A stretch of 64,000 nucleotides of DNA from an uncultured delta proteobacterium (GTDB taxonomy: Bacteria; Desulfobacterota; Binatia; DP-6). Every line of letters begins with the position of its first letter. Positions within the stretch are counted from its first letter, which is position 1. Below the pieces are notes generated by a model. The model was not told the origin of the DNA, searched no databases, and worked only from the letters and a program-made list of their open reading frames with translations. Positions 49,514 to 58,579 of the stretch are shown here, piece by piece. Made by a program: the position numbers and the translations under genes. The stretch is from positions 224,001 through 288,000 of the forward strand of contig CAWFFN010000005.1 of assembly GCA_963815115.1 (NCBI GenBank). Reading direction: 5' to 3'.

Positions 49514-50353
49514 TCAATTCCGAACGCTCGCCAGGAAGTCGAGCACTGCCCGGTTGAACAGCTCCGGCGTCTCGAAGTTGAAGCCGTGGCTGCCACCGGG
49601 GATCTTCACCAGCTTCGCTCCCGGGATCTCCTGGGCGAGGAGATCGGAGTTGGTCGGCGAGATCAGCCGGTCGGCGTCGCCGGTGATGACGAGGGTCGGC
49701 ACCGCGATCTGGTGGAGGCGGTCGGTTGCCCGGTGGCCCATCACGGCGGCCACCTGACCGAGGATCGCCTCCAGGCTGAAGCCGTACTGGAGCGCACCCG
49801 AGAACACCTGGATGAGCTTCGGGAGCTCCCTGGCGATGAAGTCCTGGTTGAAGACCGTCGGCAGCATGAGCTGGAGAAACTGCAGGGGATCGACCGCCTT
49901 GACGTCGACCTGCATCTCGCCGCTCGAGGTCACCGAGCCGCCGAACTGCTGCAGCGAGAAGCGCCGCTGCCGCTCGATGTCCGCATCGGGCTCCGGAAAC
50001 GTGCAGGCCAGGACCAGGCTCTGCACGCGCTCGGGGTGCCGCAGCGCCAGCTCCTGCGCGATCATGCCGCCCATCGAGACGCCGACCACGTGCGCCCGGC
50101 GGACGTCGAGCACATCGAGCAGCCCGGCGGCGTCGTCGGCCATCTCGTGGATGGTGTACGGTCCGGGCGGCTTCTCGCTCCGGCCGACGCCCCGGTTGTC
50201 GAAGACGATGGTGCGGAAGTGCTTCTCGAAGTCGGGCACCTGGAACATCCACGCCGTCGAGTCGGCGGCGAGGCCCATGATGAGGAGGAGCGGCGGACCG
50301 CTGCCGTGCTCCTCGTAGTAGAGGTCCAGCGAGCCTACCCGGGCGTTGCTCAT
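49514..50353 (-). CDS. Alpha/beta hydrolase
   Basis: LYYEEHGSGPPLLLIMGL, FDNRGVGRS, GVSMGG, GGSH. Confidence 0.92.
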   Translation of the reverse strand: MSNARVGSLDLYYEEHGSGPPLLLIMGLAADSTAWMFQVPDFEKHFRTIVFDNRGVGRSEKPPGPYTIHEMADDAAGLLDVLDVRRAHVVGVSMGGMIAQELALRHPERVQSLVLACTFPEPDADIERQRRFSLQQFGGSVTSSGEMQVDVKAVDPLQFLQLMLPTVFNQDFIARELPKLIQVFSGALQYGFSLEAILGQVAAVMGHRATDRLHQIAVPTLVITGDADRLISPTNSDLLAQEIPGAKLVKIPGGSHGFNFETPELFNRAVLDFLASVRN

Positions 50354-51664
50354 GGCCGTGCAGTCTGACGCAACGGATCGCCTCGCGCCAGCTCCTCGCG
50401 GAAGTCGGGATGGGCGAGGCCGATCAAGGCACGCGCGCGCTCGACGTCGCTCAGGACCGAGAGGTCGGCGGCGCCGTGCTCGGTCACCACCCACTGCACG
50501 TGATGGCGGGGCGTGGTGACGGTCGTGCGTTCCCCGAGGCGGGGCACGAGGGTCGAGACCCGCCGGCCGCCGACCGTGACCGTCGACTTGAGGCACAGCA
50601 TGCTCATCCCGCCCGGCGCCTCGGCCGCGCCCATGACGAAGGACTCGGCGCCCCCCACGCCGGAGTACTGCTTCCCGCCGAGGTAGTCGGCGGCCACCTG
50701 CCCCAGGAGGTCGATGGAGAGCGCGCCGTTGACGCTGACGAAGCGGCGCAGCCGTCGCAGCAGCGGCGGGTCGTTCACCGCCGACACCGGAAGCATGCGC
50801 ACGTCGGGGTTGCCGTCGAGCCAGGCGTAGAGCTCGGTACCTCCGAGCGCGAACGTGCCGACGCTGACGCCGTCGTAGAGGCCCTTGCGATTGGTCACCT
50901 TGCCGGCGCGGTGCAGCTCCATCACGCCGTCCGAGATCATCTCGGTGTGCACCCCGAAGCCGCCGCACGGGCCGCCGGCCAGCAGGCTCGCGATCTCGTC
51001 CGGCACGGTGCCGATACCGAACTGGAGCGTCGCGCCCTCCTGGATGAGGGAGGCGGCGTGCCCGGCGATCGTCCTTTCCTCGGGTGACGGCGCCTCGCCC
51101 GGCAGGACGACGAGGTCGTGGGGATGCTCGACCCAGGCGTCCACCTCGGAGACGTGGATGCGATTGCCGCCGTGCTCGGGGAGTCCGAGCAGCCGCGGCA
51201 TGCGCGCGTTCACCTCGGCGATGGCGAGCCGGTCCGGATCGCGGGCCGCCTCGCAGGAAGGGGAGGTAGGTCGCGCCGGCGTGCACGCCGAAGCTCAGCC
51301 AGCCGTCGGCGTCGGGAGGCGTCGTCACGGCGAGCATGACCCGCGGCTTCAGCCGGAGGCCGAGACGCTCGATGCCGTGGAAGTCGACGGCGAGGAACTC
51401 GACGCGGCCGCCCATGGCGCGCGCCATGCGCTCGATCGGCCCGAAGAAGAAGCTCACGACACGCACGCCGGGGTTGGTGAGGAAGGCGAACGGCTCGACG
51501 AGCAGCCCGGTATAGAGGATGACCTCCTCCAGGTCGTCGCGCGTCCCGATGGCGCCCAGCAGGCCGGTCGGCTGCGCGCTCACGAAGCCGAAGGCGACCG
51601 TGTCGCGCGGCCGCACGAGCGCCGCCGCGTCTCCGGGCTCGAGGCGCCGGCCCTTCGCTCCCAT
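50350..51664 (-). CDS. Acetyl-CoA hydrolase/CoA-transferase (4-hydroxybutyrate CoA-transferase-like); one apparent +1 indel near 51254
   Basis: TPPDADGWLSFG / AIAEVNARMP, TLQFGIGTVP, GVHTEM, SGVGG, VTTPRH..VVTEHG. Confidence 0.88.
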
Positions 51665-51721
51665 GCCACCGCCTGACATGGACGGAGCCCGACGCGCAAG
51701 CGGACGCGGTTTGCGTGGGCC

Positions 51722-52669
51722 GTGCCGCTCTCCGATGATGCCGGCGTGTCCGCTCCGGTGGTCGAGTGCCGTGCCCTCACCAAGCGCTACGGCGAGCGTC
51801 TGGCGGTCGAAGGCGTGAGCTTCCACGTCGACGCCGGGGAATGCCTCGGGCTGCTGGGTCCGAACGGCGCCGGGAAGACGACGACCATCCGCATGCTCAC
51901 GGGATTCGCGGTGCCGAGCGCGGGAGACGTCCGGGTGCTGGGCCTTCCCGTCTCGCCCACGACGCTCGGCACCATCAAGGCGCGCCTCGGCATCGTGTCG
52001 CAGGAGGACAGCCTCGACCCGGATCTGAGCGTCGAGAAGAACCTGCTGGTCTACGCCAGCTACTTCGGCATCCCGCGCCGGGAAGCCGCACGGCGGGCCG
52101 ACGAGCTGATCCGCTTTGCCGAGCTGGGCGACCACCGCCGGGACACCATCAAGGAGCTCTCCGGGGGCATGCGGCGCCGGCTGATGCTGGCGCGGGCGCT
52201 GCTGAACGAGCCGAGCCTGCTGATCCTCGACGAGCCGACGACGGGGCTCGATCCGCAAGCGCGGCGGCTGGTCTGGGAGCGCATCCGCACGCTCCAGCGG
52301 GGTGGCACCACCATCCTGCTGACGACCCACTACATGGAGGAGGCCGCGCAGCTCTGCGACCGCCTCATCATCATGGACGGCGGCCGGATCGTCGCCGAGG
52401 GCGATGCGGACGAGCTGATCGCGAGCCGGGTCGGCAGCGAGGTGGTCGAGATCCATCTTCCCGAGGGGGCCGACGCGGAGGACGTCGTGGCGCGGCTCGG
52501 GCGCGGTCCCTGGCGCAGCGAGCGCGCGGGACGCATGCTCTACCTCTACCTGCGCGACGGCCACGGCGACGAGCTGCTGCGCCAGCTCGACGGCCTCGAC
52601 GTCGGCCGTCGCCGGGCCACGCTCGAGGACGTCTTCCTGACGCTCACCGGGCACACGCTGCGGGAGTGA
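51722..52669 (+). CDS. ABC transporter ATP-binding protein (NodI-like)
   Basis: GPNGAGKTT, LSGGMRRRL, LDEPTTGLDPQAR, TTHYMEEA. Confidence 0.95.
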   Translation: MPLSDDAGVSAPVVECRALTKRYGERLAVEGVSFHVDAGECLGLLGPNGAGKTTTIRMLTGFAVPSAGDVRVLGLPVSPTTLGTIKARLGIVSQEDSLDPDLSVEKNLLVYASYFGIPRREAARRADELIRFAELGDHRRDTIKELSGGMRRRLMLARALLNEPSLLILDEPTTGLDPQARRLVWERIRTLQRGGTTILLTTHYMEEAAQLCDRLIIMDGGRIVAEGDADELIASRVGSEVVEIHLPEGADAEDVVARLGRGPWRSERAGRMLYLYLRDGHGDELLRQLDGLDVGRRRATLEDVFLTLTGHTLRE

Positions 52670-52674
52670 CGCCC

Positions 52675-53436
52675 ATGTGGCCCGGCGTCGGCGCGCTGCG
52701 GGTGTGGCGGCGGAACATCGAGGTGTGGAAGCGCTTCTGGCGGCCGTTCCTGGTCGCGTCGCTCGGCAATCCCATCTTCTACCTGGTCTCGATCGGCTAC
52801 GGGCTCGGCCGCTTCGTCGCCGACATCGACGGGATGCCCTACGTCGTGTTCCTGACCCCGGGCATCCTCGCCTCGTCGGCGATGAACAGCGCGTCCTTCG
52901 AGATCACCTTCGGCTCCCTCACCCGGCTGCAGGAGCAGAACACGTACACGGCGATCCTGGCGACGCCGTGCTCGGTCGCGGACATCGTCGCCGGCGACAT
53001 CCTCTTCGCGGCGACGAAGAGCGTCGTCTCGGTCTTCTTCGTGCTGCTGGTGACGGCGCTCGCCGGGCTCCTCCCGAGCTCGCTCTCGATCGTCACGCTG
53101 CCCGTGGCGCTCCTCGCGGGGCTCGCCTTCGCCAGCCTCGGCATGGTCGCCACCGCCACCGCCCGGTCGTACAGCTTCTTCGACTACTACTTCACGCTCG
53201 GCATCTCGGTGATGCTCTTCTTCTGCGGCGTCTTCTTCCCGCTCACGAGCCTCCCCGGTTGGGCGCAGACGCTGGCGTGGTTCCTGCCGCTGACCCACGC
53301 CGTGCGCCTCAACCGGGCGCTGGTGGCGGGGGCGCCGACCGTCTCGCTGCTCGGCGACGCGTGCTGGCTGGCGGTCGCGGTCGTCGGGGGCTTCGTCGTC
53401 GCCGAGCGGCTGATCAGGCGCCGGCTGATCCTGTGA
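52675..53436 (+). CDS. ABC-2 type permease (NodJ-like)
   Basis: Six TM helices, FLTPGILASSAM, GVFFPL, LPLTHAV. Confidence 0.92.
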   Translation: MWPGVGALRVWRRNIEVWKRFWRPFLVASLGNPIFYLVSIGYGLGRFVADIDGMPYVVFLTPGILASSAMNSASFEITFGSLTRLQEQNTYTAILATPCSVADIVAGDILFAATKSVVSVFFVLLVTALAGLLPSSLSIVTLPVALLAGLAFASLGMVATATARSYSFFDYYFTLGISVMLFFCGVFFPLTSLPGWAQTLAWFLPLTHAVRLNRALVAGAPTVSLLGDACWLAVAVVGGFVVAERLIRRRLIL

Positions 53437-53548
53437 GCGCCGTGCGCTCACCGGCATGTACGGCGGCGCCGGAATGAAGGTGCCCCATCCCGGGCCCCGG
53501 TTCCCTTCGGGGGCCGCCGTTCCGGGCCCTGCCACGGGCGGGTCCACC

Positions 53549-53583
53549 TTGTTCAACTAAATGCCAGAAGGTATGACTCAGGT
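53549..53583 (+). promoter_or_regulatory. Probable leaderless promoter/operator of the mazF operon
   Basis: TTGTTC-N17-TATGAC-N6-ATG; AGGTATGA occurs twice, over the -10 box and the start codon. Confidence 0.55.
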
Positions 53584-53832
53584 ATGAAGCAGAACGCGAA
53601 GTCGAGCATCACGCTCCCACCGAGCGAGCTCCGCCTGGTGACGACCCTGAAGGAGCGCCTGGGACTGAAGAGCAACGTCGACGTGGTACGCCGTGGGTTG
53701 CGCCTCCTGCGCGAGGACACCGATCGTCGCGCGTTGCGCGACGCGTACCGCAAGGCGTCACGCGCCACCCGGGCGGGGCTGATGGTCGAACTCGAGGCCC
53801 TCGACCACCTCGGCGACGAGGGGCTCGAGTGA
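53584..53832 (+). CDS. Ribbon-helix-helix antitoxin
   Basis: SSITLP...SNVDVVRRGLRLL, acidic tail, GTGA overlap with the toxin gene. Confidence 0.8.
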   Translation: MKQNAKSSITLPPSELRLVTTLKERLGLKSNVDVVRRGLRLLREDTDRRALRDAYRKASRATRAGLMVELEALDHLGDEGLE

Positions 53833-54176
53833 CCCTCCCGGTCTCCACCGGCGTTCTGTACGCAGCAGATCTGAATCCGGCTCGCGGCACCGAGGCGGGA
53901 AAGGTACGGCCCGTCCTCGTCGTGCAGACGGATCTTCTCAACGTCGCAGCGCACCCCTCGACCGTCGTCCTGCCCTGCACGACCCGGCTCACTGGGGAAA
54001 GCCTACTTCGCGTGGTGCTCCCACGAGGTATTGCCGGCAACCGAGCGGAGTGCGAGGTGATGATCGACCAGGTGCGTGCAGTGGACAATCGCCGGCTCCG
54101 GAGGGCCCTCGGGAAAGTCCCCGCCCTCGTCCTGAGCGAGGTTCGGGAGAAGCTGCGCCGGCTGCTCGACCTGTAG
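53829..54176 (+). CDS. mazF: MazF/PemK family toxin
   Basis: ADLNPARGTEAGKVRPVLVVQ, VVLPCTT, DQVRAVD..RL. Confidence 0.93.
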   Translation: MTLPVSTGVLYAADLNPARGTEAGKVRPVLVVQTDLLNVAAHPSTVVLPCTTRLTGESLLRVVLPRGIAGNRAECEVMIDQVRAVDNRRLRRALGKVPALVLSEVREKLRRLLDL

Positions 54177-54314
54177 ATTGAGCCGGTCCGCCCGTCCCGT
54201 CGCGCTCGAGGTACTGCCAACTTACCCCACCAGTGGCGGCCTCCACCGCCTCCCGGCCGCGGCGGAGATTCACTGCGGCCGCGCCCGAAAGACGAGGAGG
54301 GGGCGTTCACGCCC

Positions 54315-54836
54315 TCAGACCAGCAGATTCCGCTGCTCGCCGGTGCCGGCGCGCTCGTGCGCCAGGAGCCAGCGCTTGCGGTGCACGCCCCCGGCGTAGC
54401 CCGACAGCCGTCCGTCGGACGCGATGACGCGGTGGCAGGGGACCGCGATGGCGATGGGATTGGCGCCGTTCGCTGCGCCGACCGCGCGGGCGGCGGTGGG
54501 GTCGCCGATCCGGCGGGCGAGCGTCAGGTAGGAGATGGTCTCGCCGGCCGGGATCTCGCGCAGGGCATCCCACACCCGGCGCTGGAACGGTGTCCCGCCG
54601 GCATCGAGGGGGATGGCGTCGAGCGCGTGCAGGTCGCCCGCGAAGTATGCCGCGAGCCGCCCGCACACGCCGGCGGGGTCGCGGGGACGGAACTCGAGCG
54701 CGCCGAAGCGTTGCGCCAGCAGGGGATGGCGATGCGGCCAGCGCTCGCGGAACTCGAGCGCGCACACGGCTCCGGCGCGCATGGCGACCATGATCTTGCC
54801 GATGGGAGACGGAAACTCCGCCAAGTCGAGCGTCAT
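54315..54836 (-). CDS. ogt: Methylated-DNA--protein-cysteine methyltransferase
   Basis: SPIG, GTPFQRRVWDALREIPAGETISY, RAVGAANGANP, PCHRV. Confidence 0.95.
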   Translation of the reverse strand: MTLDLAEFPSPIGKIMVAMRAGAVCALEFRERWPHRHPLLAQRFGALEFRPRDPAGVCGRLAAYFAGDLHALDAIPLDAGGTPFQRRVWDALREIPAGETISYLTLARRIGDPTAARAVGAANGANPIAIAVPCHRVIASDGRLSGYAGGVHRKRWLLAHERAGTGEQRNLLV

Positions 54837-54871
54837 TCTTCCTCCGTTGCCGGTCGAGCCGGCCTGGTCCG

Positions 54872-55441
54872 TCAGTCGATCATCCCGGACCGGCTCGCGA
54901 TCGCATGCACGCGAAAGAGCCGCTCCGGGGTCCGCCCCGGCATCACGAGCGGCGCGGCGCGGCGAAACCGCACCGCGAGACCGCCCGCGCTGCCGCGCAC
55001 CGCGCCGCTCACGAGAATCTCTCCGGCGAGCGCCCGCCCGGCGATGCGCGCCGCGACGTTGACGTCGTGGCCGATGAGGTCGCCGTCGCGCGCGCGAGCC
55101 GAGCCGTCGTGGATCCCGATGCGCAGCGACACGCGGCGCGCCGCGCGTTGCATCTCGAGCGCGGCCCGCAGCGCGGGTGCCGGCGTGGAGAAGACGGCCA
55201 TGATGCCGTCGCCGAGGCGCTTCAGGATGCGACCCGAGTGGGTCCGGATGGCGGGCAGGACCGCGGCGTCGTGCTGCCGTACCAGGCGGAGCGCCGCCCG
55301 GTCGCCACGCTCGGCGACGCACGCCGTGAAGCCCGCGATGTCGGTGAAGAGCACCGTGAGGCGGCCGCGGCGGGGCAGGCGGACGGGGAAAAGCGTCGCC
55401 AGCCACTCGATGCCGGCGATGGGGTCGACCAGGGTATCCAT
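54872..55441 (-). CDS. Stand-alone class III adenylate/guanylate cyclase domain protein
   Basis: VLFTDIAGFT, KRLGDGIMAVF, RIGIH.G, DLIGHDVNVAARI; GGAGG RBS. Confidence 0.9.
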   Translation of the reverse strand: MDTLVDPIAGIEWLATLFPVRLPRRGRLTVLFTDIAGFTACVAERGDRAALRLVRQHDAAVLPAIRTHSGRILKRLGDGIMAVFSTPAPALRAALEMQRAARRVSLRIGIHDGSARARDGDLIGHDVNVAARIAGRALAGEILVSGAVRGSAGGLAVRFRRAAPLVMPGRTPERLFRVHAIASRSGMID

Positions 55442-55463
55442 CGGGCCTGTCCTCCGACCCTAC

Positions 55464-55530
55464 GACACCCGGGGATGGCAGAACGTGAAATGGCGCCGGT
55501 GAATTTCACGTTCGATTCGGGCGGGGTGTT
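55464..55530. promoter_or_regulatory. Back-to-back ECF-type promoters ATTTCACGTTC-N10-GGGTGT on both strands
   Basis: Perfect 11-bp inverted repeat at 55481-55491 / 55503-55513. Each arm is followed outward by exactly 10 nt and GGGTGT(C/T). Confidence 0.75.
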
Positions 55531-55542
55531 AAAGGAGCGGGG

Positions 55543-56059
55543 ATGAGTCCGCCTTCCGCCTCGCTGGCCGAGCTCACGACGCGCCATCGCAACGAGATCG
55601 TGGCGTATCTCGTCCGCATGCTGGGCGACCGCCAGGAGGCCGAGGACGCCTGTCAGGACGCGTTCCTGCGCGCGCACCGGGCCCTCGCCCGCCTCGGGCC
55701 GGGCGCCAACTCGCGTGCCTGGCTCTATCGAATCGCGACCCGGAGCGCCCTGAACGCCCTGCGCCGCCGCTCGCGACGAGCGGCCCGGGCGGCGGACGTC
55801 GATCCCGACGCGTTGCCGGCGAACCCCGGCCCGACACCCGAGCAGCGCGAGCAGCTGCTCGCGCTCCACCGGGCGGTCGATCGGCTGCCCCCGCGCCAGC
55901 GGGCGGCGCTGATGCTCCGGCAGTTCCAGGGGCTCGGGTACGCCGAGGTCGCCGCCACGCTCGGCGGTACCGAGCAGAGCGCGCGTGCCAACGTCTATCA
56001 GGCGCTGAAGAAGTATCCGGGCGTCCCTGGGTGACGCGCAGGAGGTATCACGACCATGA
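55543..56059 (+). CDS. ECF RNA polymerase sigma factor (stops at 56034 as sequenced; at 56059 if one extra T at 56014 is removed)
   Basis: Sigma2 AEDACQDAFLRA..WLYRIA; sigma4 LPPRQRAALMLRQFQGLGYAEVAATLG. The corrected end KKIRASLGDAQEVSRP gives an ATGA overlap with the next gene. Confidence 0.92.
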
Positions 56060-56733
56060 CCACGCACGACGACGAGCTGATCGGCATGCTGCTCGGCGAC
56101 CACCGGCGGTCGGCCGACCTGGCGAGCTGGCTCGCGACGCCGGAAGGGCGCCACGAGCTGGCGGCTTACCGCCGGACGCTCGGAGGACTCGAGCGGCTCT
56201 ACGGGGACGTCCTCGGCCGGCGCACCGTCTACTACACTGCCGTCCAGGCGCCGATCGGCCGGGTGTTCGTGGCAGTGAGCGACGGGGGGCTGGTGCGCGT
56301 CTCGTTCCGGAGCAACGAGGCCGCGTTCGTGCACGACCTCCGGCACCAGCTCGATGCGGACGTCGTGCGCTCGCCGGAGCGCACCGCGGACGTCGTGCAC
56401 CAGCTACGGGCCTACTTCACCGGCGAGCGGCGGCGCTTCGACATGCGTCTCGACCTGCGACACGTCACTCCCTTCCAGCGCCGCGTGCTCCTGGCGGCGG
56501 CGCGCGTGCCGGCCGGGAAGCTCGTCTCCTACGGCGAGATCGCACGGCGCATCGGGGAGCCCCGGGGCAGCCGGGCGGTCGGCCAGGCGCTCGGGCACAA
56601 CCCGATCCCCATCGTGATCCCGTGCCATCGGGTGGTGGCTGCAGGCGGACGCATCGGTGGATACACCGGCGGTCTCGCCATCAAGCGCAAGCTGCTGCGG
56701 CTCGAAGGGTCGCTCGCGGCGGTTGCGGGTTGA
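56056..56733 (+). CDS. O6-alkylguanine DNA alkyltransferase with anti-sigma-like N-terminal extension
   Basis: About 55-aa helical extension, then APIG, TPFQRRVL, SYGEIA, RAVGQALGHNP, PCHRVV. Confidence 0.9.
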   Translation: MTTHDDELIGMLLGDHRRSADLASWLATPEGRHELAAYRRTLGGLERLYGDVLGRRTVYYTAVQAPIGRVFVAVSDGGLVRVSFRSNEAAFVHDLRHQLDADVVRSPERTADVVHQLRAYFTGERRRFDMRLDLRHVTPFQRRVLLAAARVPAGKLVSYGEIARRIGEPRGSRAVGQALGHNPIPIVIPCHRVVAAGGRIGGYTGGLAIKRKLLRLEGSLAAVAG

Positions 56734-56797
56734 GCCGGCGACAGGAGCGGGCGACCCGGTTGACCACCGCGGGCGGCGAGGGCTAGGGAACTCGCCC

Positions 56798-57346
56798 ATG
56801 CCTCGCGCCCTCCTGGTCCCGCTTGCCGTCGCCCTGATGTCCGCGCCGGCCGGCGCCCAGATGGTGCGCTCCGAAGCCGCGGGCCTGCGCTTCAGCGTGC
56901 CCGGCGTGTGGACCCGCGTTCCCGCGCCCTCCGACATGAGGGCGGCGCAGTTCCGGGTGCCGCACAGCGGAAGCGACGGCGAGGACGCGGAGCTGGTCCT
57001 GTTCTACTTCGGGAAGGGCCAGGGCGGCAGCCCGGAGCAGAACGTCGACCGCTGGACCGGCCAGTTCACGCGGCCGGACGGCAAGCCGGCGAAGGACGAG
57101 GCGGTGGTCACGATCCGCACCGTCAACGGGCTCAAGCAGACCTCGGTCGACGTCTCGGGGACCTACAAGCCGATGCCGATGGGGGGCGGAAACGGAGCGG
57201 ACAAACCCGGCTGGCGGCTTCTGGCCGCGGTGATCGAGGGACCGGGCGGTCCCTGGTTCTGGCGCCTCACGGGACCGGAGACCACGGTGGGCGCGGCGAA
57301 GCCGCAGCTCGACGCGCTCCTCGCCTCTCTCGAGGCGCATCAGTAG
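56798..57346 (+). CDS. Secreted hypothetical protein (possibly PsbP/Mog1-like)
   Basis: Signal peptide; SDMRAAQF, GGSPEQNVDRW..QF, GPWFWRLTGP. Confidence 0.75.
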   Translation: MPRALLVPLAVALMSAPAGAQMVRSEAAGLRFSVPGVWTRVPAPSDMRAAQFRVPHSGSDGEDAELVLFYFGKGQGGSPEQNVDRWTGQFTRPDGKPAKDEAVVTIRTVNGLKQTSVDVSGTYKPMPMGGGNGADKPGWRLLAAVIEGPGGPWFWRLTGPETTVGAAKPQLDALLASLEAHQ

Positions 57347-57358
57347 GCGCGCGTTCCG

Positions 57359-58519
57359 TCAGACCGGCCGCGCCCGCAGGCGCGCCGCGATGGCGTCGTC
57401 CAAGGCGGCGTCGATCGCCGTCCAGGCGAGCGCCAGCGCGCCATCCAGGAGGGCACGATCGGCGGGCGGCGTGATGCAGTGAGCCGCGAACTCGGGCTGG
57501 TGGTTGACGGCCGGGAGCGATGCGACTCCGATCATCGGGTGGATCGCCGGCAGCGCATGCGAGACGTTGCCCATGTCGGTCGACGCCGCGAAGCGCGTGA
57601 ACTCGGGACGGGGCGTCACGAACCTGCGACCGAGCGCCTCGGCGTTCGCCTGGTAGAGGGCCGCCAGCGCGCCGTCGTGCCGCACCTCGGCGTACACCGG
57701 CGGCGAGTCGTCGATGCGGAGCGAGCACCCCGTCGCGAGGGCGCCCGCCTCGAAGCAGCGCAGCACCTTCGTCTTGATGTCGCCCAGCTCGGCGAGCGAG
57801 CGGGCGCGCACGTAGTACCGTGCCGTCGTGTGCGCGGGCACCACGTTCGGAGCCTCGCCGCCGCGTGTGACGATGCCGTGCACGCGATCGGTCGGACGGA
57901 TGTGCTGGCGCAGGAGCCCGATCGCCGACTGGGCGACCACCAGGGCGTCGGCGGCGTTCACGCCGAGCTCGGGAGCGGCGGAGGCGTGCGACGCCTTGCC
58001 GTGGAAGTGGGCCTCGAACTCGGCGAAGGCCAGGGTGGGCGGCTCGAGCATGTCGAGGGGCGCGGGGTGCGCCATCATCGCCGCGTGCACGCCGGCGAAT
58101 GCGCCGCGCTCGAGCAACAGGATCTTCCCGCCGCCGCTCTCCTCGGCCGGCGTGCCGACGACGCTCACGGTGAGGCCGACGTCGTCGGCCACCCGGGCCG
58201 CCGCCAGACCGGCTCCCACGGCGAGCGCCGCGATCAGATTGTGGCCGCAGGCATGGCCGATGTCGGGGAGGGCGTCGTACTCCGCGCAGATGGCGACGTG
58301 CAGCGGTCCCGAGCCGGCGCGGGCAACGAACGCGGTGGGGATGTCGCAGACGCCGCGCTCGACCCGGAAGCCGGCGGCGTCGAGCGCGTCGGCCAGCCAG
58401 CCCGCGGCGTGCTCCTCCTCGAAGGCGAGCTCGGGCCGAGCGTGGATGCGGCGGCTGAGTGCGAGCAGGTCGCCCTCGCTGGCGGCCAGGCTCTCGCGGG
58501 CGCCGTCCTTGACGTTCAT
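57359..58519 (-). CDS. M20 family amidohydrolase
   Basis: IHARPELAFEE, EYDALP..GHACGHN, GTPAEE, STDMGNVS. Confidence 0.93.
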   Translation of the reverse strand: MNVKDGARESLAASEGDLLALSRRIHARPELAFEEEHAAGWLADALDAAGFRVERGVCDIPTAFVARAGSGPLHVAICAEYDALPDIGHACGHNLIAALAVGAGLAAARVADDVGLTVSVVGTPAEESGGGKILLLERGAFAGVHAAMMAHPAPLDMLEPPTLAFAEFEAHFHGKASHASAAPELGVNAADALVVAQSAIGLLRQHIRPTDRVHGIVTRGGEAPNVVPAHTTARYYVRARSLAELGDIKTKVLRCFEAGALATGCSLRIDDSPPVYAEVRHDGALAALYQANAEALGRRFVTPRPEFTRFAASTDMGNVSHALPAIHPMIGVASLPAVNHQPEFAAHCITPPADRALLDGALALAWTAIDAALDDAIAARLRARPV

Positions 58520-58579
58520 GCTGCCTTCGCATCGCGCAGCCCGTCGCCGGCGTCAAGACCGGCTGCTACAGTCGCCGCC

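Noticed and set aside
51722-53436. NodI/NodJ-like ABC transporter as exporter for the glycan island or as nodulation genes
   Set aside because: It is several unrelated genes away from the island, is not Wzm/Wzt-like, and has no nodABC nearby.
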